55,044 bases of DNA from an uncultured Pelagibacteraceae bacterium (GCA_902524045.1 CABZBT010000001.1:1-55044), one strand, 5' to 3'; shown: positions 37,012-51,681, counted from the first letter of the stretch. Numbers and translations are program-made. The notes: generated from the sequence alone by a model not told the origin.

Positions 37012-37743
37012 TTAAAAGGAAATATTTTTAAAAATCGAGTTAACACCAACTTTTTTTAAATATTTAAAATTGTTTTTTTTTAATATTTGATGGATTTTTT
37101 TGCTCTTATTTTTTGAAATCTTATTATGATCTAGAATTTCCACACAAATTAAGTTTATTTTAAACTTTTTAAAATTAATACTTTTAATAACCTCATACTC
37201 TAAACCCTCTAAATCAATATTTAAAAAATCAACTTTATTAAAATTATGTTTTTTTAAGATATTGTTGATATTATCTGTTTTAATTTTTTTTTCTTTAAAA
37301 TCTTTATTTTTAAATAAAAAATTCTTTTTTAAAAATTTTAAATGATTTTGGTCTAAAGTATTAAGTGGAGACAGATTATCAACAAAATACATTTTTTTTA
37401 AAGTTTTTTTATCACTAATAGCACAATTAATATTGATATCTTTTGATCTAAAAAAATCAAATAATTCGATCGTAATTGGATTTAAATCAACATTAATTCC
37501 TGTCCAATTTTTTTTATAGAATCTAAATGTATTATTATCTCTTGTAGGATGAAAACACCCCAAATCCACAAATTTACCTATATAATCTTTTTTAAAAAAA
37601 CTATTCAAATATATATCTTCATTAAATTGAGAGCCACCATTGAGATACTTAAAATTTCTCAGATATATATTGTAGAATAAATAAATTTTTCTTAAAAAAA
37701 GGTTTTTCGAATTTAATAAAAATCTTAAACTTCTTAGTCTCAT
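37012..37743 (-). CDS. FkbM family methyltransferase
   Basis: SQFNED, FVDLGCFHP, WTGINVD and FLNIDLEGLE motifs. Confidence 0.85.
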   Translation of the reverse strand: MRLRSLRFLLNSKNLFLRKIYLFYNIYLRNFKYLNGGSQFNEDIYLNSFFKKDYIGKFVDLGCFHPTRDNNTFRFYKKNWTGINVDLNPITIELFDFFRSKDININCAISDKKTLKKMYFVDNLSPLNTLDQNHLKFLKKNFLFKNKDFKEKKIKTDNINNILKKHNFNKVDFLNIDLEGLEYEVIKSINFKKFKINLICVEILDHNKISKNKSKKIHQILKKNNFKYLKKVGVNSIFKNISF

Positions 37744-38690
37744 TTAAGAATTCTTATTGGATTATTGTTTACGCATGATTCAAGAGATTCAATCATTTGA
37801 TTGTAGTAAATATTATAATTTTCTGCTGTTACGTAGCCTATATGAGGAGTTAATAGTGCATTAGGTAAAAATCTCAATTTATTATTTTCTGGAAGTGGCT
37901 CCTTTTCAAATACATCAATACCAGCACCGGCAATTTCATTAGTTGATAAAGCAATTATTAAATCATCTTCATTTACAATCGGACCACGAGAGGTGTTGAT
38001 CAAAAACGATGTTTTTTTCATTTTATCTAATTCTTTTATAGTAATACAATTTTTATACCTTTCCCCTCCTTGTACATGGATAGATAAAAAATCTGAATTT
38101 TTGATTAAATCTTCTTTTGAACAAGGAAGAACATCAAGTTGTTTACATATATCTAAATTTAAATTCTCACTCCATGCCATAACTTGCATTCCAAAAGCTT
38201 TACCAATCTTTGCGACTTGTGATCCTACTTTACCTAATCCAACTAATCCTAAAATTTTCCCCTTAAGCTCAACTCCAACTGTAGTTTGCCAGTAACCTTG
38301 ATACATATTATCAATTTCTTCTCTTAAATTTCTTGCAAGTCCAAGTATTAAGGCCCAGGTTAATTCAGGAGTTGCATTAACATTACTCTCAGTTCCACAA
38401 ACAATAATCCCCTTTTTTTTTGCTGCACTAAGATCAATCGACTTATTTTTTAAGCCACTTGTAATTATAAATTTTAACTTGCTCAAATTTTCAATTAAAT
38501 TTTTCGTTATAGGAGTTCTTTCTCTCATAATGAGTAAGGCCTCAATATCAGCTAATTTATCAAGGGCATCTGCTTCATCCTTAAAAGGCTCACTAAAGAT
38601 TTTGATCTCATACTTTCCTGATAATTTTTCAAGATCAACAAATTGGTGAGATACATTTTGGTAATCATCTAAAATAGCTACTTTAAGCAT
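37740..38690 (-). CDS. D-2-hydroxyacid dehydrogenase family protein
   Basis: AILDDYQ, MRERT, GLGKVG, INTSRG and TPHIGY motifs. Confidence 0.92.
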   Translation of the reverse strand: MLKVAILDDYQNVSHQFVDLEKLSGKYEIKIFSEPFKDEADALDKLADIEALLIMRERTPITKNLIENLSKLKFIITSGLKNKSIDLSAAKKKGIIVCGTESNVNATPELTWALILGLARNLREEIDNMYQGYWQTTVGVELKGKILGLVGLGKVGSQVAKIGKAFGMQVMAWSENLNLDICKQLDVLPCSKEDLIKNSDFLSIHVQGGERYKNCITIKELDKMKKTSFLINTSRGPIVNEDDLIIALSTNEIAGAGIDVFEKEPLPENNKLRFLPNALLTPHIGYVTAENYNIYYNQMIESLESCVNNNPIRILK

Positions 38691-39576
38691 TTTTAATTTC
38701 CTTATTTGATAAAAATAAACCTATTATAATTAAAATTGTTCCAATCAAATGAAAGAGTTGAAATTGTTCATTATAAAAAAATATTGCCATTATTGTACTG
38801 AATAAAGGTATTAAAGACAAAAATATTCCGGCTCTATTAGCTCCAATTATAGATACAGCCCCAGCCCAACAATAATAAGATCCTATGCTTGGAAATACTG
38901 CGACATAAACTAAAATATAAAAAAGATTACCACTTATCTCAATGATTTTTCCTTGTGCAATATCTAAAATAAATAGTGGCAAAAGAAAAATCAATCCAAA
39001 TGAACAAATTATATGAACAAGAGTAAGTAAAGAAATTTTAAAAGTTCTTTTTTTCAAATACGCTGAATATATTCCCCAAGCAACTATTGCCCCAATCATA
39101 AATAAATCTCCTTTATTAAAATTTAAGGTAAGCAAAATATTAAGATCAAGTCTAGTAATAATGGCTAAGATTCCAAACACTGAGATTAATAATCCAGATA
39201 TTTGATAAATATTTGTTCTCTCAATTTTTAATAAAAAACAAACTAAAATTATTGTTACAGGTATTGCGGTATTAAAAAGAGATGCATTGATCACCTGAGT
39301 ATAATTTAAAGCATTATAAGTAAATGATGTGAATACACACACACTAGTAGCGCCTAGAATAATAAATAATGATGAATTTCTTATAATTTGATTCTTTAAT
39401 TTTAAAATCTCTTTATAGGTGAAAGGAATTAATATTATCCATACTAGGCACCACCTTAAAAACGCAAGTGAGTTTGGAGGTATATTTTCTAAGTAAGCAA
39501 ACTTCCCTAAAGTAAAGTTTCCTGCCCAAAATAATGTAGCAAATACCAGCATTAAATATGCTTTGGTATTTTGCAT
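38683..39576 (-). CDS. DMT/EamA family transporter
   Basis: FWAGNF and IGANRAG motifs; about 10 TM segments. Confidence 0.9.
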   Translation of the reverse strand: MQNTKAYLMLVFATLFWAGNFTLGKFAYLENIPPNSLAFLRWCLVWIILIPFTYKEILKLKNQIIRNSSLFIILGATSVCVFTSFTYNALNYTQVINASLFNTAIPVTIILVCFLLKIERTNIYQISGLLISVFGILAIITRLDLNILLTLNFNKGDLFMIGAIVAWGIYSAYLKKRTFKISLLTLVHIICSFGLIFLLPLFILDIAQGKIIEISGNLFYILVYVAVFPSIGSYYCWAGAVSIIGANRAGIFLSLIPLFSTIMAIFFYNEQFQLFHLIGTILIIIGLFLSNKEIKNA

Positions 39577-39579
39577 AAA

Positions 39580-40822
39580 TTAATTGAATCTAGACGAGCT
39601 ATAAGGGGCTAAATTTAGATTGGTATTTTCTTTAGCTATCATTCCTGAAACAATTTTTCCAGATATTGGACCCAATGTCCATCCTAAATGATGATGGCCA
39701 AAACAATAAAATACATTTTTATGATTTTTTGAAGGACCCATAACTGGTAAAAAATCAGGTAATGTTGGTCTAAACCCTAACCATTCATCCTCATGGTCAG
39801 GTAAATCTCCTAACATATACTTTGCATTATTAATTAAATTTTTTATACGAGATTTAGAAGGAGGATTTTTCAAACCTCCAAACTCTACTGTTCCTACAAC
39901 TCTCAATCCCTGTTCCATTGGAGTTATGCCAAAACCCCTATTAGAAAAAATAACTGGTCTTTGTAAAAGATGATCGCAGTTTTTAAAATGAACATGATAT
40001 CCACGTTCAGTATCAAGTGGTATTTTTTCATCTAGATTATCAGTTAATTTTTTTGAAAAAGCTCCACAGGCTATTACCACTCTATCAAAACAGAATTTTT
40101 CTGCGTCGGACTTTAAAATTGGTTTTTGATCCTTAAATTCGATGCTGTTAATATTTATTTTTTTAAATTTTCCTCCTTTTTTTAGAAATAAATCAAAAAG
40201 TTTTAAAAGTATTTTTTTTGGATTTCTTGCGTGTCTGGCATATGGATAATAAACCCCAGCATGATAAAAAGGTTTTAAACTTGGTTCTAAATCATGAATT
40301 TCTTTTTTATTTACAAGTTGTTGTTGAACACCTAACTCATTTCTCACATTAATTTCTAATTCCCTACTTTTTAAATTTTTATCATTCCAAACATATAAAA
40401 TTCCTTTTTTTCTCAACTAATCCATCAATATTAACTTCACCAAATAATTCATCATAAGCTGGTAAAGCTAAATCTAAAATCTGATGCATATTTTTTGCAG
40501 TATGCATCATCCTATATTTTGATGTGTTAAAAATAAATTTCATAAACCAAGGAATCATTTTTGGAACATAATTCCATTTTAGAGCAAGAGGTCCTGCTGA
40601 ACTCATTAGCATAGATGGCACATCTAATAGTATGTCAGATCGATTCAAAGACAGTGATGCATAGGGTGAAAAGTGACCAGCATTTCCATATGATGCTACT
40701 GGACTTCCTGGATTTTCTTTATCAAAAATAGTTACTTTAAATCCTTTCTTTTGTAAAAATAAAGAATTAGAGATTCCTTGTATACCAGCCCCAATTATAC
40801 CAACGCTTAGATTGTTATCCAT
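39580..40822 (-). pseudogene. dadA: D-amino-acid dehydrogenase (DadA-like) split by a +1 homopolymer frameshift
   Basis: 5' ORF has IIGAGIQG and ASYGNAG; 3' ORF has ERGYH, GFRPT and GHHHLGWTLGP. Removing one T from the T7 run at 40405-40411 joins them (...LVEKKGILYVWND...). Confidence 0.87.
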
Positions 40823-40872
40823 ATTTTGACTATATAATAATATTTTAATTTAGATGAAGCGACAAATTATAC

Positions 40873-41997
40873 TTAGGCAATAGATTGTTCACTGTGTGTC
40901 TTGGCGCTCATTACAATTCCAAAACCTATCATCGTTGCTAACATTGATGAGCCACCATATGACATTATCGGTAATGGAGATCCTACAATTGGAAGTAAAC
41001 CAAGAACCATGCTCATATTTATAACTATATAAATAAATATTGATGTTCCAAAACTGTAACAGAATAATTTTGCAAAATAACTTCTTGCAAGAGCACCAAT
41101 TCTGATTATTCGATAGATAATTATTGCATAGATTAAAAGTAATATTATAGAGCCAACGAATCCAAATTCTTCTGAGAATAAAGTAAATATAAAATCTGTA
41201 TGTTTTTCAGGCAGAAACTCTAAGTAACTTTGTGTTCCTTTAAGAAAGCCTTTTCCAGTAATACCACCTGATCCAACAGCTATTTTTGATTGTATTATTT
41301 GATAACCAGCCCCTAAAGGGTCTCTATCTGGGTTAAGAAAAGTTAATACTCTAAGTTTTTGATAAGGTTTTAGAAAAGAAATAATAATCGGCAGTGAAAT
41401 TATTGATAATAAACAAGAATAAAAAAAATATTTATGATTTAATCCAGCAAACCATAAAACAACAATACCACTAATCGCGATAAGTAATGAGGTGCCTAAA
41501 TCTGGTTGTATTATCACCAGACTCATTGGAACGAATATGATTATTAAAGAAAAACAAAGACTATAAAAAGAGTTAACATGTTGCGCTTTCATTCGATGAA
41601 AATATTTCGCTAGACATAAAATAATAAAAATTTTCATCAATTCAGATGGCTGAATATTTAAAAAATATAAATCAATCCATCTTTTAGATCCTGATGCAGT
41701 AATACCAAAATTTATAGTCCAAATTAACATTCCTAAAATTACTGCATAAGATAAATAACCAAGAGAGAACCAAAATTTTATGTTTATAAATGAAATCACA
41801 AGCATCATTGAAAAGAAAACAACAAATTTTATGAAGTGACTTCTTGTATGAAATAAAACTTCACCCCCGTCAGTAGAATACATTGTTGCAAGACTAATAA
41901 ATCCAAGAATTAGAAGACATGATAAAAGGATATAATCTAAATTTCCAAATTTTTGTAAAAAACCATTTTTGTTATTAAATCTTCTGTATTGGTACAT
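40873..41997 (-). CDS. rodA: Rod shape-determining protein RodA
   Basis: QPSELMK, QPDLGT, FLPEKHTDFIF and SYGGSS motifs. Confidence 0.96.
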   Translation of the reverse strand: MYQYRRFNNKNGFLQKFGNLDYILLSCLLILGFISLATMYSTDGGEVLFHTRSHFIKFVVFFSMMLVISFINIKFWFSLGYLSYAVILGMLIWTINFGITASGSKRWIDLYFLNIQPSELMKIFIILCLAKYFHRMKAQHVNSFYSLCFSLIIIFVPMSLVIIQPDLGTSLLIAISGIVVLWFAGLNHKYFFYSCLLSIISLPIIISFLKPYQKLRVLTFLNPDRDPLGAGYQIIQSKIAVGSGGITGKGFLKGTQSYLEFLPEKHTDFIFTLFSEEFGFVGSIILLLIYAIIIYRIIRIGALARSYFAKLFCYSFGTSIFIYIVINMSMVLGLLPIVGSPLPIMSYGGSSMLATMIGFGIVMSAKTHSEQSIA

Positions 41998-43871
41998 TAG
42001 ATATCCAAATATTTTTTGTTGTCGTAATTTTTTCTTATTTCATGTCTATCAACAATCATTTTAAATAATTCTTTAGCTAATGGAGCCGCAACAGTTCCAC
42101 CAGAACCACCATGTTCTATAATAATGCTTAACGCATACCTTGGACTTTTATAGGGGCCAAATGCTACATATAAAGCATGATCTCTCTCTTCATAAGGAAT
42201 TTGAAATGTTTTAAGATCTAACTCACGATCTAGTTCAGTTATTTTCTTGACCTGTGAAGTTCCAGTTTTTCCAGCAAATCGATATTTAGGATCATCCAAA
42301 CGAGATCTGTAAGAAGTTCCTCTCACTTCATTTGTAGAACTAAACATGGCATCTTGAACAATCTTAATATTTCGAGACTTTTTATATAATGGGGTAAATT
42401 TATCTGTATATTGGTTGTCATCATTTGCTACTATTTTAGGATAAATTTTATATCCACCATTGGCTATTTGTGCCGTCATCAAGCATAATTGAATTGGAGT
42501 TGTTTGAATAAATCCTTGGCCAATACCAGTAATTATTGTTTCACCAAGCACCCAATTTCTTCCTAATGCATTTTTTTTCCATTCTGTATTAGGAACCAAA
42601 CCCTTTTTTTCATTATCGAATATATCTTTAAAAACTTTCTGTCCTAATCCAAATTTTTTTGCTGTAACACTTAATCGATCTACACCTAATCGCCTTGCGA
42701 CTTCATAAAAATATGTATCACAAGATTGTTTCATCGCTTCTCTTAAATTTACAAATCCGTGTCCTTCTTTTTTCCAACAATGATAAGTTTCACCGTACAA
42801 TTCAAGTGGATTTTCGTGTCCTTTGCACTGAACTGTAAAATCTGGACTAATAATTTCATTTTCTAAAGCTGACAAGGCAACTATAGGTTTTATAGTTGAT
42901 CCTGGAGAATAATTTCCTGATAATGATTTATTAACCAAAGGTTTCATTGGATTATTTCTTATTAGTTGCCACTCATCTTGACTTATTCCAAAGACGAAAG
43001 AATTAGGATCAAAAGATGGAGATGAATGCATTGCAATTATTGCACCTGTATAAATATCCATTACGCATATAGATCCGGCTTTTTCTTTTAGTAATTTATT
43101 AGTTAATTTTTGAATTTTTGTATCTATTGTAAGTTTGATTGTTTCTCCTTTATCTCCTTTTTGAAATGCTAATTGACTAATCCTTCTCCCATAAGCATTA
43201 ACTTCGTATCGCTCTACAGAATTTGATCCTATTAATTTTTTCTCAAATGATCTCTCTAAACCTGTTTTTCCAACTTTTAACCCTGGTACAAATTTTTCTT
43301 TTATATTTTTATTTGTTAAAAGGTCATTTTCATTTGCTTGACTGACATAGCCTAGAATATGAGTAAAATTTTCTTTATATGGATAATCTCTTGATATTGA
43401 AATAACTGGTTTAACTCCATTAAGATCATAAAGATGATTATTTATTTTTGAAAATTTTTCCCAACTTAAATTATCTGCTACAATTAATGTTTCCCAAGGT
43501 TTTATTTCATTTTTTTTTTTTATAATTTTTTTAAATTGTTTTTCGTTCAATTCTAACAATTCTTTCACACGATAAATTACGTATCTAAAATCCTCTACTT
43601 CTTCTGGAATAATATGAAGTTGATAGGCCTCAAAGTTACCAGCAATCGTGTTGCCAAAATAGTCTTGAAATTCACCTCTAATAGGTGGCAATTTCCATTC
43701 TCGAATTCTATTTTTATCGGATAGCGTTAAGTATTTTTTATTCTCTTTAACTTGTAAAAAAAATAACCTACTAACTATTCCACCCAAAATAATAATTTTA
43801 GCTGCTGCAAGAATAAACATTCTTCGATTTAATGAATTTAATTTAGTTGCACTATCACTTATATTAGTCAT
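41997..43871 (-). CDS. mrdA: Penicillin-binding protein 2
   Basis: SxxK (GSTIK), QSCD and KTG motifs. Confidence 0.96.
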   Translation of the reverse strand: MTNISDSATKLNSLNRRMFILAAAKIIILGGIVSRLFFLQVKENKKYLTLSDKNRIREWKLPPIRGEFQDYFGNTIAGNFEAYQLHIIPEEVEDFRYVIYRVKELLELNEKQFKKIIKKKNEIKPWETLIVADNLSWEKFSKINNHLYDLNGVKPVISISRDYPYKENFTHILGYVSQANENDLLTNKNIKEKFVPGLKVGKTGLERSFEKKLIGSNSVERYEVNAYGRRISQLAFQKGDKGETIKLTIDTKIQKLTNKLLKEKAGSICVMDIYTGAIIAMHSSPSFDPNSFVFGISQDEWQLIRNNPMKPLVNKSLSGNYSPGSTIKPIVALSALENEIISPDFTVQCKGHENPLELYGETYHCWKKEGHGFVNLREAMKQSCDTYFYEVARRLGVDRLSVTAKKFGLGQKVFKDIFDNEKKGLVPNTEWKKNALGRNWVLGETIITGIGQGFIQTTPIQLCLMTAQIANGGYKIYPKIVANDDNQYTDKFTPLYKKSRNIKIVQDAMFSSTNEVRGTSYRSRLDDPKYRFAGKTGTSQVKKITELDRELDLKTFQIPYEERDHALYVAFGPYKSPRYALSIIIEHGGSGGTVAAPLAKELFKMIVDRHEIRKNYDNKKYLDI

Positions 43872-44370
43872 CTAAACTCTTTAAATACCTCTTAAAAAAA
43901 ATTGAAAATATTATGTAAAATAAGAATGTAAAAAAATTATTAACTATGAAAAGTGTAATATCCAATTCGTATGAAAAAAATAAAAATAAAATTGAAAAAT
44001 TGATTGAATTTATGAAACTTATGATAAACAAAAAATAGAACCAATCTTTAATTAAATTTGGACTAATTGTTATGTTTCTTAGGTAAGTAGCAAATATACA
44101 AATTAAGATATATGATAAAGAACTTATGCCTAAGGGTAAACCAACAACAGTATCATTGAATAACCCTGCTAAAAAAACTAATAAATAATCAAATCGCTGG
44201 TATGCTTTTAAAGCAAAATAAAAAATTAATATAAAAGGAAAATTAAATGAAAAGTATTCAATGTTTAAATAATTAAAATCAAATTCATTAAATACAGAAA
44301 TAAATAAAGCAAGAATTGGTAACCAAGTATATACTTTATAAAATAAATTTTTCTTTTGAAATCTAGTCAC
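43864..44370 (-). CDS. mreD: Rod shape-determining protein MreD
   Basis: Hydrophobic; AGLFND..GLPLG motif; lies between mreC and mrdA. Confidence 0.85.
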   Translation of the reverse strand: MTRFQKKNLFYKVYTWLPILALFISVFNEFDFNYLNIEYFSFNFPFILIFYFALKAYQRFDYLLVFLAGLFNDTVVGLPLGISSLSYILICIFATYLRNITISPNLIKDWFYFLFIISFINSINFSILFLFFSYELDITLFIVNNFFTFLFYIIFSIFFKRYLKSLDD

Positions 44371-45583
44371 TTATCTTTCCTTTTCGCATTATACATTCTT
44401 TATATTCTGGAGTACCTACTTTAAAACCAGTGCTAAAGAGTTTTTTTGATTGACACTTTGAACTATAGATTAAATTTAATCTTAAAAATTCTAGCTCTTC
44501 CTGATCTAAATTATGCTGTTGAATAACATTTTTTTGAAAATCATTTTCTGCTTTTAATATCTCAATTTGTTTAATTAATTCGTTACTCAAAGTATTTAAT
44601 TCTTGATTTTCCTCTAGAAATTTAGTGTTACTATCCTTTAAAATTTGTAATTCATCACTTATTAAATCTAATTTTATTTGCTCAGTATTTGAAGAGACTT
44701 TAATCTGATTATTTTGCTCAGTTTCAAGAGGTGTTGAAATTAACTCATCAATCTCCGCAAAAACATACTTCAATTGTGTAAAATCACTATAAAAATTGAT
44801 CAAAATTTTTTTATTTTCATCTTTTAAATCAACCGTTCCAACAGGAATTCCACTTTTGAAAATTGAGCCAGTGCCTGATGTGTAAGCAATTCCTTTATCT
44901 TCAATTTTGTTTATAAGATCGTTTTTGATATATTTAATTTCACCTTTTTTATCTCCATTACCAATAACAATTGCTTGAACATTTCCAGGTGTGATAGAAA
45001 CAGGGATATTTGAATTTAAATCAGTTAATAATAATACTCTTGAATTTGTATAATTTACTTCTATGACCCGTCCCACAAGATAGCTTCGATCATAAATATT
45101 TGTCCCTATCTTTAATTTTTCCTTGCTTCCTTTATTAATTATAATTGATCTTAAAAAAGGACTTTCATGATCAACAATTACTTTTGCTAAAATCTTATTT
45201 GATGTAACAGTATAACCATCAATAAGGCTTTTGAGTTCATCATTTTCGCTTTTAATTATTTCAGTTGAAATATTTTCAGATTTTAATTGATCTAATTCTT
45301 CTTTTGTTATTTTATACTCTTTATAAAAATTGGCGTATTCAATTAAATTTAAATAGGAAGATTTGATAAAATTTTCTGGTATTGAAATTATAAAAGAAGA
45401 CCTGTAAACAATTTCTTTTATAACTGATTTCGTCACAGTTATTGCTTTGAGATTTAAACTAGATAAACTAATTATAAAAATCGAAAAAAAAACTAAAGTT
45501 AATAATGAAAATTTCTGTTTAGTGCTTTTTTTTAAAAAAGCAGATCTTATTGCTATTATAAAATCATCTCTGCTTTCAGCCAT
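44363..45583 (-). CDS. mreC: Rod shape-determining protein MreC with a C-terminal extension of about 125 aa
   Basis: INKGS, LVGRVIEV, LLTDLNSNIPV and TSG..SIFKSGIPVG motifs; synteny. Confidence 0.9.
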   Translation of the reverse strand: MAESRDDFIIAIRSAFLKKSTKQKFSLLTLVFFSIFIISLSSLNLKAITVTKSVIKEIVYRSSFIISIPENFIKSSYLNLIEYANFYKEYKITKEELDQLKSENISTEIIKSENDELKSLIDGYTVTSNKILAKVIVDHESPFLRSIIINKGSKEKLKIGTNIYDRSYLVGRVIEVNYTNSRVLLLTDLNSNIPVSITPGNVQAIVIGNGDKKGEIKYIKNDLINKIEDKGIAYTSGTGSIFKSGIPVGTVDLKDENKKILINFYSDFTQLKYVFAEIDELISTPLETEQNNQIKVSSNTEQIKLDLISDELQILKDSNTKFLEENQELNTLSNELIKQIEILKAENDFQKNVIQQHNLDQEELEFLRLNLIYSSKCQSKKLFSTGFKVGTPEYKECIMRKGKISD

Positions 45584-45588
45584 CTTTC

Positions 45589-48200
<2,612 letters not shown>

Positions 48201-48287
48201 ATAAATACTTTTAATGTTAGAAATATACAACCTATCGTTTAGATTGCAAAATAAAATAGTAATTTTAGCCCAAATTGGATCTATATT

Positions 48288-49322
<1,035 letters not shown>

Positions 49323-49330
49323 TTACAAAA

Positions 49331-49879
49331 TTATTTGAATGTCTCAGCACCTCTGGTCATAGCAATTGCCCCAGTTCTTGAAGTGCTTGTAAGACCATAG
49401 GGTTTTAATTTTTTACTCATTTTATCAATTTCTCTTCTTAAGGCGGTTATCTGCACTACAATTGATTTACTAGTTTTATCTAAAATCACTGGATTAAATT
49501 TTTTACACTCTTTTAGACATTTTTCTATCTTTTTTTTCTGAGCAACAATTTTAAATAACGCCATCTCTTTGAATATAACTTTTTTATCCTCTCTCTTAAA
49601 ATCTGCAACTTTATGTACCGGGACTAGTTTTTTTAATTGAAGTTTAATTTGATCAATCACTTGTGGTGTTCCTGTAGTTACAATTGTTATTCTTGAAATA
49701 TTTTTCGTTGCATCAACTTCAGCGACTGCTAATGACTCTATGTTGTAACCTCTTCCAGAAAATAATCCAACTACTCTCGCCAATACACCAGACTCATTAT
49801 CAACCCAAACAACGAATATATGAGTATCTAGCTTACCTTTTTTAGTTGGTATACTATATGCTGATTTTGGAGATGACAT
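49331..49879 (-). CDS. ilvH: Acetolactate synthase small subunit
   Basis: NESGVLARVVGLFSGRGYNIESL motif. Confidence 0.96.
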   Translation of the reverse strand: MSSPKSAYSIPTKKGKLDTHIFVVWVDNESGVLARVVGLFSGRGYNIESLAVAEVDATKNISRITIVTTGTPQVIDQIKLQLKKLVPVHKVADFKREDKKVIFKEMALFKIVAQKKKIEKCLKECKKFNPVILDKTSKSIVVQITALRREIDKMSKKLKPYGLTSTSRTGAIAMTRGAETFK

Positions 49880-51645
49880 TAAACTAATGTTTTCCCTTTA
49901 CCAGAAATCTTATTTTCCTCTTTATCATTAGGGCCTAAAATCATCTGATTATGAGGTTTACCAGATGGTATCATTGGAAAACAATTTTCATTAGGATCCA
50001 CATGACAATCAAATATTACTGGGCCATTATAATCGATCATCTCTTTAATTTTATCATCTAATTCATTAGGGTTATTGGCTTTGATACCCTTACATCCATA
50101 AGCCTCTGCTAATTTTACAAAATCAGGTAAAGCTTCAGTGTAACTCTCTGAATAGTTTTTTTCATGTAGAAGTTCTTGCCATTGCCGAACCATACCCATG
50201 TACTGATTATTCAAAATGAATATCTTTATAGGCAAATTGTACTGAACTGCTGTAGACATTTCTTGCATTGTCATTAATACGGATGCTTCACCTGCAATAT
50301 CGATCACAAGTTTATCTGGATGAGCAATTTGAACACCTACTGCTGCAGGAAGTCCATATCCCATAGTTCCAAGACCTCCTGATGTCATCCATCTATTAGG
50401 TTTATTAAATTTGTAATGTTGGGCAGCCCACATTTGATGTTGACCAACCTCAGTTGTAATAAATGTGTCTTGATTTTTTGTTAATTCATATAATCTTTTT
50501 ACAGCATGCTGAGGCTTAATATCTTTATCACTATTAATAAAACCTAAAGAGTCTTTTGTTCTCCATTTTTGGATTTGTTCCCACCATTTTGAAATTCTTT
50601 GTTTATTCGAATCTTTTAATCCATTTTGTTTTTTATTTATTTTCTTGATAGCTGATTTTACTACTTCATTAACATCTCCAACAATTGCAAGATCTACTTT
50701 TATAATTTTATTTATTGATGATGGATCAATATCAATGTGAACCTTTTTTGATTTCGGAGAAAACTCATCGATCTTACCCGTTATTCTATCATCAAATCTT
50801 GCGCCGATGTTTATTAACAAATCACAATCATGCATTGCATTATTAGCTTCGTAAGTACCATGCATACCTAACATGCCAATAAATTGGTTATCATCTCCAG
50901 GAAATGCACCTAAACCTTGTAGAGTTGACGTAATTGGGAATCCAATTAATCTTACAAATTCTTTTAAAGTTTCACTTGCCTGTGGGCCTGAATTTATTAC
51001 TCCACCCCCTGTGTAAACAACTGGTTTTTTTGCTTTTAAAATCAAATCAATTAGTTCGTTAATTTCATTATCAGAAAATTTATTATGTATTTTTCCATTT
51101 AATTTTTTTTCTTTTTTAAGTTTTGTATAGTTAGTTTTTGCAAATTGGATATCTTTAGGAATATCAATTAATACAGGTCCAGGTCTTCCAGTTTTTGCAA
51201 CTTTAAAAGCCTCATGTATGACTTTTGGTAATTCTTTAATATCTTTAACGAGCCAATTGTGTTTTGTGCATGGTCTGGTGATTCCTGTTGTGTCACATTC
51301 TTGAAAAGCATCAGTGCCTATTAAATGAGTAGGTACTTGTCCAGAAATACAAACTAAAGGTACTGAATCCATGTAAGCATCAGTTAATGCTGTAACAACA
51401 TTAGTAGCACCTGGTCCAGATGTTACTAAAACTACTCCAGGTTTGCCTGATGATCTTGCGTAACCCTCTGCAGCATGACCTGCACCTTGCTCATGTCTAA
51501 CAAGTATATGCTTTATTGATGAATGATTTTTAAGTTCATCATAAATTGGTAGAACTGCTCCACCTGGATAACCAAAAATATATTCAACTTCTTGATCTTC
51601 AAGACATTTAAATACAATTTCTGCACCAGTATATAATTTAGACAT
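49879..51645 (-). CDS. ilvI: Acetolactate synthase large subunit
   Basis: FGYPGG, RHEQ, TSGPGATN and SGGLGTMG motifs. Confidence 0.97.
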   Translation of the reverse strand: MSKLYTGAEIVFKCLEDQEVEYIFGYPGGAVLPIYDELKNHSSIKHILVRHEQGAGHAAEGYARSSGKPGVVLVTSGPGATNVVTALTDAYMDSVPLVCISGQVPTHLIGTDAFQECDTTGITRPCTKHNWLVKDIKELPKVIHEAFKVAKTGRPGPVLIDIPKDIQFAKTNYTKLKKEKKLNGKIHNKFSDNEINELIDLILKAKKPVVYTGGGVINSGPQASETLKEFVRLIGFPITSTLQGLGAFPGDDNQFIGMLGMHGTYEANNAMHDCDLLINIGARFDDRITGKIDEFSPKSKKVHIDIDPSSINKIIKVDLAIVGDVNEVVKSAIKKINKKQNGLKDSNKQRISKWWEQIQKWRTKDSLGFINSDKDIKPQHAVKRLYELTKNQDTFITTEVGQHQMWAAQHYKFNKPNRWMTSGGLGTMGYGLPAAVGVQIAHPDKLVIDIAGEASVLMTMQEMSTAVQYNLPIKIFILNNQYMGMVRQWQELLHEKNYSESYTEALPDFVKLAEAYGCKGIKANNPNELDDKIKEMIDYNGPVIFDCHVDPNENCFPMIPSGKPHNQMILGPNDKEENKISGKGKTLV

Positions 51646-51651
51646 TCAAGC

Positions 51652-51681
51652 AATCTAGCTGAAGTTGTGCTAATTGGTCAA
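51652..51681 (-). promoter_or_regulatory. Sigma70 promoter for ilvIHC, apparently leaderless
   Basis: TTGACC-18 nt-TAGATT, then 6 nt to the ATG; no Shine-Dalgarno. Confidence 0.6.

Noticed and set aside
43506-43535. Long T-runs in mrdA and proC-like genes as phase-variable tracts
   Set aside because: Frames are intact; the runs reflect poly-Lys AAA codons in an AT-rich genome.
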